Below, piece by piece: positions 9,530 through 18,400 of a stretch of 64,000 nucleotides of DNA. The notes below the pieces were generated by a model that saw only the letters and a program-made list of their open reading frames with translations, made no database searches and was not told the DNA's origin. The translations under genes and the position numbers were made by a program. This DNA comes from an uncultured Halobacteriales archaeon (GTDB lineage Archaea > Thermoplasmatota > E2 > JACPAO01 > JAHFTW01). How positions within the stretch are numbered: the first letter of the stretch is position 1; every line of letters starts with the position of its first letter. The stretch lies in assembly GCA_964627625.1 (NCBI GenBank), contig CAZVJB010000002.1, positions 92,197-156,196 on the forward strand, given 5' to 3'.

Positions 9530-10096
9530 GTGTTGCCATTTCTTAGCCTGCTTGTTGTTGCTTCCCTCGCTGGATGCGCGACACCACAATCGTCTGCCGA
9601 GGGCGTGGACGACTCCTCTGACCAAGCCGCAACGAGCCGCCACGCCGCGCCTCGAGAAGTTCCTGTTGATGTCATGGTGCAGCAAACCATGACGCCAACA
9701 CCGACGGTCTGCGACCCAGCCACTCCGAAGGAATGCGCCACCTACCATTACACTGGAACCATGTACTTCGCAGGCACTTGGAACGGTACAGCGCCGTACG
9801 TCGGGTACATCTTCTACAATGAAACCACGGCCCGCACGGACTTCGTGGACCAGCCCATCATGTTCACCGGCACGATGGCGGGGTGCGGCACAGGCTCGAT
9901 TCACCTGAGCGCAATCGGCTACACGGACAACGTGCCAACCACCGAAGGCTTCCATCTGCACGGGAATCTCCGGGACCTCGCGGGGACCGCGTCGGTTGGA
10001 ATGGGACACGTCGTCGACATCGACTTCCCGTTCGACGCATTCCTTGGCGCCTCGGGCTTCAATTTCCATCTGACTGGCACCATGCTGTGTATGTGA
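9530..10096 (+). CDS. Secreted lipoprotein with one copy of a novel ~180-aa Cys/Gly/Thr-rich domain
   Basis: Lipobox LLVVASLAGCATP. The domain carries the motif …FTGTMAGCGTGSIHLSA…. It is paralogous to the three repeats in the next gene. Confidence 0.6.
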   Translation: MLPFLSLLVVASLAGCATPQSSAEGVDDSSDQAATSRHAAPREVPVDVMVQQTMTPTPTVCDPATPKECATYHYTGTMYFAGTWNGTAPYVGYIFYNETTARTDFVDQPIMFTGTMAGCGTGSIHLSAIGYTDNVPTTEGFHLHGNLRDLAGTASVGMGHVVDIDFPFDAFLGASGFNFHLTGTMLCM

Positions 10097-10164
10097 CCTG
10101 GCCAATTGGCCTGGCTTGTACCTAGGACTTCTGCGGCGCCGGTGGCGACGGCCACTCCCTCCTG

Positions 10165-11862
10165 TTGAGCCGACAATTCGGCGTAGACTGTACAGAGCAA
10201 AGCTATTTTTATTTGCCATTCTCACCGCCGCTCATGTCGATTCGCTTGAAGCTTGTGCTACCCTGCGTAGGCGTCCTGCTCGTTGCCAGCCTTGCGGGTT
10301 GCGCGACCCCCAAATCAGCCGCTTCCGAAGGTACCGGGCCTGCGGTGGACATTCCGACGGTCAACGGCCAAATCCGGCCAGACCTCATCGGGACCTTGGC
10401 CATCCCCATCACCGGCGCATGGACCTCGGAAGGCGACTTGCGGGCGGATCAATTCACCTGCGCCCCGGAAAAGCCCGGCGGTTGCGAGTACTACTCGACG
10501 ATTTTCCTCGACTTCACGGGCACGTTTACTGGCAGGATGACGGACATTTTCCACTTCCATTGGGCGGGGTCGGGCAGCACGGTCGATGCCCAGGCGCTGC
10601 GGCTCGTCACGGGATCGTTTGCCGGGTGTGGCTCGGGCACGATGAGTATGCGCATCGACGGCCCCGCCTCGATTGACCCGAATCCGGACAAGCCCGGCAG
10701 CGTCCACATGAAAGAACCCTTGATGTCGATGGTGCCGGGCTCGACGTCGACAGGACTCGCCGCCGTCGTAGACGCCCAGGTCACGCTCGAATTCAACCTG
10801 ACTGGGGACTCCATCCATGATGGCACAATCAACGGGGCCATATGGTGCCGAATGGCCGCCGTGCCGGACACTAGCCCGAGCCACGAGGGTGCGGTGCCCA
10901 TCGAGGTCAACGCCAAGTTCACGACAGATGGCATCCTGCTTCCTCATTCGGTTGCGTGCAATCCACCGACCAGTCCGCAAGAGTGCGAATTGTATGAGAC
11001 CCAGTATGTGGACTACACTGGGACAATGAATGGCACCCTTACGGATCCGGCGCACGCCCACTCCAACGGCGATGGCACCCTCGAAGCCGATGTCCTGCGT
11101 CCCTTCACCGGCTCCATCGCTGGCTGCGGCTCGGGTACGCTGGTCCTCCACCTCAAGGGAACAACGGGAAAACTCGAACCCAATCTGAGCGCGCCCGGCA
11201 CGTTGCACCTCGTGGAACCAAAAATGACGCTGTTCCCCGGTTCGACTACGGCCGGCTTTGCGGGCGTCGTGGACGCTAATTTGACGAACGACTTCATCAT
11301 CACTGGCCCAGCGTCTGGCTACGGGACCATCTCCGGGACCATCTGGTGCAAGACCGCCGCCGTAAACGAAACGCCGGCCGATGCCGCCGCAGCTCGAATC
11401 ATCCCTGTTGCAACCAAGTTTGAAACAGATGGCTACGCCGTCCTCAGCTCCATCGCTTGCGCTCCCACCAATCCTGGCGGATGCGAATTTTCCGGCACCG
11501 AAATGTGGTGGGTCGTGACTGGCACCTTCAACGGCACGGTCTTCGACCGCTTCCACGCCCACGGCCAGCCGGACGGAACGTTTACTGGCCCAGCTGAGCG
11601 GACGTTCACCGGCTCCATCGCGGGTTGTGGTTCGGGAACGCTGACGCTGACCGGCACACTCGTGGTCAACTTTGGCGAACCGGACACCACATATCCAGGC
11701 TACGTAACGACGCACGAAATCTTGTCGCTCGTACCAGGCTCGGGGACGGCCGGCTTTGCGGATTTGGTCGATGCCCAGATTACCGCCGACTACGCAGTGT
11801 CGGGGACTGGCAACGGGTCGACCAAGGGCGCAACCATGGCCGGAACGGTCACGTGCCGCTGA
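10165..11862 (+). CDS. Lipoprotein with three tandem copies of the same novel domain
   Basis: Lipobox LLVASLAGCATP. Three repeats each contain FTGS(F/I)AGCGSGT(M/L)… and …PGS(T/G)(S/T)(T/A)G(L/F)A(A/G/D)(V/L)VDA(Q/N)(V/L/I)T. Confidence 0.65.
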   Translation: MSRQFGVDCTEQSYFYLPFSPPLMSIRLKLVLPCVGVLLVASLAGCATPKSAASEGTGPAVDIPTVNGQIRPDLIGTLAIPITGAWTSEGDLRADQFTCAPEKPGGCEYYSTIFLDFTGTFTGRMTDIFHFHWAGSGSTVDAQALRLVTGSFAGCGSGTMSMRIDGPASIDPNPDKPGSVHMKEPLMSMVPGSTSTGLAAVVDAQVTLEFNLTGDSIHDGTINGAIWCRMAAVPDTSPSHEGAVPIEVNAKFTTDGILLPHSVACNPPTSPQECELYETQYVDYTGTMNGTLTDPAHAHSNGDGTLEADVLRPFTGSIAGCGSGTLVLHLKGTTGKLEPNLSAPGTLHLVEPKMTLFPGSTTAGFAGVVDANLTNDFIITGPASGYGTISGTIWCKTAAVNETPADAAAARIIPVATKFETDGYAVLSSIACAPTNPGGCEFSGTEMWWVVTGTFNGTVFDRFHAHGQPDGTFTGPAERTFTGSIAGCGSGTLTLTGTLVVNFGEPDTTYPGYVTTHEILSLVPGSGTAGFADLVDAQITADYAVSGTGNGSTKGATMAGTVTCR

Positions 11863-11887
11863 GGGCGCTGGCGGACAGCAAGAGCGG

Positions 11888-12400
11888 CTAGGTTTTGCTC
11901 GGAGCCGCCGGCGCCGGCGGCTTCCACGGCTTCGACTTCACCGGCGATCCGCAGACGATGCATTCGTCGCGCTTCGGCATGGTCTCGTACCAGCGGCCGC
12001 AACCCATGCAACGCGGGCGGAAATCCAACTGGGTAGAGATTCCCGTCGTGTTCACCGTCTGAGTTGGCACGCGCAGGCGATTGGCCACGTCGAGGAGAGT
12101 GTAGTCGTCGGTAATCAGCGTCGCAGACAGGTCGAGTGCGAGGGCCGCGAGGCTAATGTCGGCAACACTCAAGCGACCGAGATTGCCGGCAGCCATGGCG
12201 GTGGTCTCGACGCGGTCGACGGAATCCTGGTTGGCGCTGCGGACTTGCAGGCCGAGGGTGATCCAGCCTTCGTAGCGGCGGGCATCCTTGCCGCCAGGCG
12301 AGACCTCCGCGGCAGCCTCGGGCGTCGTGGCCCAGGAGGACGAGCGCGGTGGCTCCTTGCCGCCCAGGAGTAGGGAAGTGTCGAGGACCAGCCAGGCCAC
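11888..12400 (-). CDS. Nob1-like PIN-domain endonuclease with a C-terminal zinc ribbon
   Basis: PIN start …WLVLDTSLLLGG… with acidic residues …ITDDYTLLDVAN…. C-terminal CMGCGRWYE…CIVCGS four-Cys ribbon. The architecture matches archaeal Nob1. The start is probably a GTG around 12400. The track ORF N-extension is non-protein-like. Confidence 0.6.
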   Translation of the reverse strand: MAWLVLDTSLLLGGKEPPRSSSWATTPEAAAEVSPGGKDARRYEGWITLGLQVRSANQDSVDRVETTAMAAGNLGRLSVADISLAALALDLSATLITDDYTLLDVANRLRVPTQTVNTTGISTQLDFRPRCMGCGRWYETMPKRDECIVCGSPVKSKPWKPPAPAAPSKT

Positions 12401-12563
12401 GGCATCGCAAAGTGGCCAAGGCCCTAAGCCTTGTGGGCGGAAACAGCCCGGCCTCGCGTACGCCGGCGGGGCGGCGTCACGGCCTCGGTGGGCCACGTTC
12501 GGATGGGTGCGCCTGCCCGGCGGCCGCCCCACAACTTTTCAAGCGTGGGGCGGTCGCCGCCCC

Positions 12564-13508
12564 ATGACCAAAGTCGGCTTCGTCGGCGCCGGGACGATTG
12601 GCGCGAACTCCATCTTTGCCACGCTGGCCTTGACGGACCGCATCGACGAGATTGCCGTCGTTGACATTGCTGAGCCGGCCGCCGTTGGCCGTGCCATGGA
12701 CCTCAACACCGCAAGCGTTGCCTTCGGCCGCCGCACCCGCGTCCACGGGGGAACTGATTACGCGCTCCTGAAGGGCAGTCACATTGTTGTCGTCTCAGCG
12801 GGTATGCCGCGCAAGCCCGGAATGACCCGCGCCGATCTGCTCGGAATCAACATCAAGATTCTCAAAACCGTCTGCGCCCAAGTCAAACAGCACGCCCCCG
12901 GCTGCATCTTTCTACTCGTCACCAACCCGGTCGACATACTGCAATTCATTTGCTGGAAAGAACTCGGGTTTGCCCGCGAGAAGGTCATCGGCATGACAAG
13001 CCTCCACGACTCGGCCCGCTTCACGGACATCGTTCGCGACGCAACCGGCGACCGTACAGTCCGCGCGACTATCCTCGGAGAACACGGGGAAACAATGTTC
13101 GTGGCGCCCACGTTGTCCAGCTCCCAATTGAAGGGCGGCGACTGGGACGCGTGGGAAAAGACGACGCGCGGCCGCGCCATGGAGATCATCGAACGCGTCG
13201 GCGCAACGGCCTACGCACCCGGAGCCTGCACTGGACGCATGGTAAAGGCCATCGTCGAGGATACGCACGAGGAAATTCCAACCGGCTGCATCCTAAACGG
13301 TGAGTACGGGCAGAAGGATGTCGCAGTCGGCGTCCCTGCCGTTCTGGGCCGCGGCGGCCTGGTGCGCGTTGTGCAATACGAACTGACGGCCGCCGAGAAG
13401 GCCAAAATGGAGATTACCGTGAAGGCCGTCAAAGAGAAGATTGCGGAAGGGTTGCAAATCTTGGCAAGCCCTCCGGCCGCGACGGCGTCGCCGTCCAAAG
13501 CAATGTAA
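12564..13508 (+). CDS. mdh: Malate dehydrogenase (LDH-like MDH family)
   Basis: MTKVGFVGAGTIGAN…IVVVSAGMPRKPGMTRADLLGINIKI…LVTNPVDIL…GMTSLHDSARF… gives a full Rossmann plus catalytic-loop signature. ATG at 12564. Confidence 0.9.
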   Translation: MTKVGFVGAGTIGANSIFATLALTDRIDEIAVVDIAEPAAVGRAMDLNTASVAFGRRTRVHGGTDYALLKGSHIVVVSAGMPRKPGMTRADLLGINIKILKTVCAQVKQHAPGCIFLLVTNPVDILQFICWKELGFAREKVIGMTSLHDSARFTDIVRDATGDRTVRATILGEHGETMFVAPTLSSSQLKGGDWDAWEKTTRGRAMEIIERVGATAYAPGACTGRMVKAIVEDTHEEIPTGCILNGEYGQKDVAVGVPAVLGRGGLVRVVQYELTAAEKAKMEITVKAVKEKIAEGLQILASPPAATASPSKAM

Positions 13509-13521
13509 CGCACCCGCCCCG

Positions 13522-14199
13522 TTACATTCGGCCCAATACATCGCGCTTTTTCGCTTCGAATTCTGCTGGCGTCACGAGCCCAGCGTCGAGCAGTCCCTTT
13601 AGCTTCTGCAGCGTCGCCATGGGGTCCTCACGGACGGGCGTGCTTGGTGCCTGCGCAATAATTACGGGGGGCGCAGGGGGAGCACCGCCAACGAAGACGC
13701 CGCCCGCGGTGGCGCGCCGTTCTTCTAAATTGAGCTGCCGGCGGTCCTCGCTAGCCTTGTCTGCCATGTCGCGCATGATGCGATAGACCTTCCGCGCCTG
13801 GACCTTGTTGAGTCCGGACAGGTCGTAGCCCGCGGATCCGTTGGGCGTCACGGATACGGTGGAGCCCACCATGTTTTCTTTCAGCTTCACGTCCCGCAGG
13901 TCCCGCCAGTTGCCGTCGACAAAGGAAAAGCGGCCGAGGACCTTTGGAACGCAGCGGACGAAGCGCCGGGTGGTCACGACGAGAGCCTCGGGAGTCGATA
14001 GCGTTGTCAAGCTCGCGAGGCGGCCCTGCTGGGCGATGTACAGAATTTGTTCGCCCTGGAGGAGAATCGGCGATATCCTGGCCAAGAGCTTTGCAACTTC
14101 CGCAGGATCTTGCCCATCCTGGCTGTAGTCGCCCTCCGGCATCAGGTTGTTGGCGGCCCCTTGAGCCCGAGTCATGTCTTGCGCGTCGTCGGCCATCAT
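13522..14199 (-). CDS. Hypothetical protein with a PH-like (bPH) domain and a C-terminal SHOCT motif
   Basis: C-terminus LQKLKGLLDAGLVTPAEFEAKKRDVLGRM is a SHOCT short C-terminal domain. The central region resembles bacterial PH (YokE/bPH_2) domains. Confidence 0.5.
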   Translation of the reverse strand: MMADDAQDMTRAQGAANNLMPEGDYSQDGQDPAEVAKLLARISPILLQGEQILYIAQQGRLASLTTLSTPEALVVTTRRFVRCVPKVLGRFSFVDGNWRDLRDVKLKENMVGSTVSVTPNGSAGYDLSGLNKVQARKVYRIMRDMADKASEDRRQLNLEERRATAGGVFVGGAPPAPPVIIAQAPSTPVREDPMATLQKLKGLLDAGLVTPAEFEAKKRDVLGRM

Positions 14200-14551
14200 T
14201 TGTCGCCCATTTTCCCATGACCCTTGGACCGAATAAGCGTTGTCCCGCCAGGAGCGCCAACCCGGCGCCGTTGGCCGCCACGAAGGAGAGGCCGCCGCCC
14301 CAGCCGTTCAATGGGCTGCGCGGCCGGCCTCGGGGGCTGCTCGCGCAGCAGCCGGCGCCGAGCGACGCGATGCGCTCGCAAGGCACGAGAGGAGCCGAGC
14401 CCGCTCAGCGAGCGAAGCGACGATGTCGGGCGATGGCGAGCAGCCCCCAGTTCCTCCGAGGGGTCTGGGGCCTGGAAGGCCCCAGAGGGGGGCGCCCTTG
14501 CAACCGACGAAACGGGTTCCGAGCGCAGCGATGGAATCCCGTTTCGTCGCG

Positions 14552-15307
14552 TTAGATGAACGTCTGCGGCGAAGCCGGGGCCTGAATTGCCGCCGTACGG
14601 CTTTGGGCCTCCCGGATTTCCTTTTCGAGCGCCATGGCCTCTTTCATGAGCGGCTTGGCGTCGACGACGACGTCGGGCAACATCTTGGCCACCGCCTCAA
14701 TCAGGGCTGCTGCCGCGCGGCCGTCGGGATGGTCGCGACTTGCCTCTACAAGCAGGCCGCCCGCCTTGACGCCGCGCACCGGCGCCTCGAGCAGAATCTG
14801 CGCCGTGATGCCAGCAATCAAAGCCCGCTCCATCGCGGGAATGCCGGCCTTGACGAGCGTCTTCAAGACCTTACTGTCAGCCGCGGCGCAATACACGTCG
14901 GGTACATCGTCCCCCTCCGCGCGGCCGACGCCCTCGAGGACCAAGAGCATGTGTGCTTCGCCGCGGGCCGCCCAATGCATGACAGCCTCCGCGAGATGGT
15001 TCAAGACCGGTGGTGGCAGCGGGAGCTCCGTTGTGACGATGTAAACGGACGGACAATCCTTACCAATTCTGCAGACCACCTCGCCACCGAAAATGCGCAC
15101 CGCCGACGTTACAATGCCGTCCTGAATCGAAATGAGCCCGCTCAGGTCGGGCAGCCGGAAGTGGCCAACCAACGGGAGCGACAGGTTGCGGATGAGATAC
15201 TGCGCCGCGATGCTGCCCGCCGACCCCGTCGTCGGGAACGCGACGATTACGACCGAGTCCTTCAAATTCACTTTGCCGAAGGTCTCAACCGGGGATTCGG
15301 TGGGCAT
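14552..15307 (-). CDS. PAC2-family (proteasome assembly chaperone 2-like, DUF75) protein
   Basis: VVIVAFPTTGSAGSIAAQYLIRNL…HFRLPDL…VYIVTTELP…LLVLEGV is characteristic of archaeal PAC2/PbaA family proteins. The start is taken at the MPTESPV internal Met. Confidence 0.6.
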   Translation of the reverse strand: MPTESPVETFGKVNLKDSVVIVAFPTTGSAGSIAAQYLIRNLSLPLVGHFRLPDLSGLISIQDGIVTSAVRIFGGEVVCRIGKDCPSVYIVTTELPLPPPVLNHLAEAVMHWAARGEAHMLLVLEGVGRAEGDDVPDVYCAAADSKVLKTLVKAGIPAMERALIAGITAQILLEAPVRGVKAGGLLVEASRDHPDGRAAAALIEAVAKMLPDVVVDAKPLMKEAMALEKEIREAQSRTAAIQAPASPQTFI

Positions 15308-15463
15308 TGCCAAGGGGAGGACAGGGGTGTTTTTCAGGGTGGCGGCAACGGCTTTACCCGACGGAACCACAGATTTTACTGAATCACGGCACGATTTCTG
15401 GGTGACCTGGGCCGGGCCCCTGCGTTCCCGCCGCATCGGCTTCGTACCGACTGGCCGCTTCGG

Positions 15464-18400
15464 CTAAGCCCCGTTGCGCCGGCGCACCGCAACCAACGCG
15501 ATGAGGGCGCCCACGAGCGCAACCAGGGGCACGCCCGGCGAAGGCGAACTTGGGCCGGAGGTCGAACTGGACGTCGACGAGGGCACGCTCCCAGTGACGG
15601 TCAACGTCGCTGTATCGGTGACGCCGCCCGCAACGGCCGAAATCTTGTAGGTTCCAGGCGCCGTTGGCGTGCACGTCAAGGCGACGCACGAGGCATTGGG
15701 CGTGCTGGACAGAATGACCCCAAGAGTTGCCGCGCCAAGCGGGTTCCCGGCGGCGTCGGCACCCGTGACCGTGAACGTCTGGGGCAGCCCAAGGCCAATC
15801 GTCGCAACGGCCGGAGTCAACTGCAGGCTGGCGACCGGGCCTGCAAAGGTCGTCACCTCGAAGCTGGCGGCCGCGGACAAGCCGGCAACCGACGCCTTCG
15901 CGGTGCTCGTGCCCAGGGTTGACCTGGTGAAGGTCGCAGAGGCCGTGCCCGTGGCGTCCGTTAGGCTCTCGGTCGTCAAGATGGCCCCGCCGCCAGTGAC
16001 GGTCCAGGAGACCTTGGCACCTACGATGCCCTTCCCTGAGGAGTCTTTGACGATGGCGGCGAGCACAAGCGGTACGCCGGCGGGGTGCCGAGGCGCGCCG
16101 CTACTTACCGACGTGATGGAGGCCGCGGCAGCGGTTGGAACATTGAAGGTCAAGGGGCTGCCCGCAAGGCCGGTCGCCGTTGCCGTGGCAGTGTTCGCGC
16201 CGGCCGTCGGCCCGGTCGTCAACGTGGCCGAGGCCGTGCCGGTGGTGCCGGTCAGCGTCGGTGTCGGGCTGATTGTGCCGCCTCCTGCAGTGACAGCCCA
16301 CGCGATGGACACGCCCGCGACGCCATTGCCGAATTGGTCCTCCGCCGTGACCTGCAAGGCCTGCGCCGTCCCGGGGCCGATGGTGCCGACCGCCAACGCA
16401 GATTGCGTGATTGCCTTGGGCGCGCCGGGCGTCACGGTGACGGCCTTCTTGCCGATGACGCCTTGGTAGTTGCCCGTCACGTCATGGTTACCGGCTTTCG
16501 TGAGCCCGGTGCACACCTTGCCGGTGCAAGTGCCGCCGTTGGCGACCGTGAAGAAGGTGGTGTCCGAGAAGTCACCCATGAGTTGGCCTGCGGCGTTGTA
16601 GCCCAGGGCCGTTGCCGTCACTTGGCCCGTATCGGCGCTCACGGTGGTCGCAGAAAGCGTGACGTCGAGGCGGTCGGCGACTGGGCATCCTTGGCACGAG
16701 GTTCCGGGCGCGTTGATCTTGAACGTGAGGGGGCTACCGGTCAACCCGGCGGCCGTTGCCGTAATGGTCATGGCACCCGCGGTGGCACTCGTCTTGATTT
16801 CCGCCGTGGCAGCGCCCGAGTCGTCCGTCGTGGAACTTGCCGTGTTCAACGTGCCGTCACCGGTCTTGGCCCAGGAAATCGGAACGCCCGCCACGCCGTT
16901 TTGGAAGAGGTCGCGTGCCTGGATTACGAGGATGAGGGTCCGGCCTCCGGCCACGTTGCTGAAGTGGGCGTTTGGAGTTACAATTTCAACGGCGGGTTTG
17001 GAAATGAAGATGGTTCCGGAGTGTTGCTCGAGGACGGCGCCGGCATTTGTTTGGAGTTGGACGTCGAACGTCGAGTAGCGGCCCCTGGTCGTGGGGTTTG
17101 TGACACCGTCAAAGGTGATGGTGATGGACCCCGGTGGGCATGGAGAGCCTCCGGTGCGGGTCAGGGTTACCACTTGACCCAAGAAGCCCGAAGTCAGTGT
17201 ACCATCACAGCCCGACAGGGTCACCGATGTGGGTGTTGGTGCCCCGACGATGAAATCCGTGGGGAAGGTGATTTCCAGGTTTCCGTCTGCCGGCCAGGAC
17301 GTTGTAGTCGCCATGAAGAATGTGTACGTGGTCGGCGCGTCTGGCGACGGGTCGGCCGCTCCGACGATGACTGGCGTCACCGGACCGGTGGACAATAGGA
17401 CGCTTGCCGTGTCAATGGCCGCCGGCGCGGCGGTCTGGGTCTGGAAGGCGATGAGGTTGTTCGACGCACCCAGCGGATTGGTGATTCCGTTCAGGCCGAT
17501 GATGACGACGGTGTTCGCCGCACACGACGTTCCGGGGATGCGCGTCAACGTGTACGTCTGGCCGGAGACGTCCGGAGGAGCCCAGGTCCCGTCACATCCG
17601 GTCGGCGCAGGATTCGGAGTCACGGCGAGGGTGAAGCCGGCGGGGAACGTCGCAACAAAAGATCCGTCGGCCGGCCAGGGGTTCGTGGTGGTGAACTGGA
17701 ACGTGTAGCTCGTTGTTTCGCCGGCTTCCACCGATCCAGGGGTGATGGATGCTGCCGCCAGGGTGCCTGGCGTCAGCGTGACGGATGGAAGGGTCGCCGC
17801 GTCGATGATCACCGCAGCGTTGCCGCCCGCCGTCGAGGTCTCTGTGCGCACGGTGCCGGTTCCGGTCGCGCCGGATGCCTGGACGTTGCGGATCCCGGAA
17901 ACGGTGACCTTCGCGAGCGTGCCTGCAGGGCAAACCGTGCCGCCGGAACGCGTCACCAGGACCGTGTTGGCGCTTGGGTTCGTGGCGGTGAGCGTGCCGC
18001 CCGTGCAGCCGGTCGACGTCGCAGTCGCAACGAGTCCCGTGTAGCCGTAGCCGGTGGGGAAGATTAGGCGGACGGCGCCATCTGCGGGCCACGCATTGGC
18101 CAGAGTGAATCCTGCCGTGTGAGACGTGACGGCGCCGGCCGTCGTGCTGGCGGCCTCCAGCGTCGGCGTCGTCAGCGCGGCCGCCGTGAAGGTCAGCGCC
18201 TGGGGGCCGGGGGGCGCGGTGGGGAAAGCGGGCACGTCGGCCGTCGCGTCGATGGCCGCGCCGGCGGAAGTGGAGGTCCTCCAGGAGACGCCATAGGGAA
18301 TGGCCGCCGTGGGGGCGGGCACAGCTGGCACCGACGGGTTGCGCATGTTGGCAAGCGAGAGAACGATTCCAGTCGTGCCTGCAGGGCAGTCGGAGCCGCC

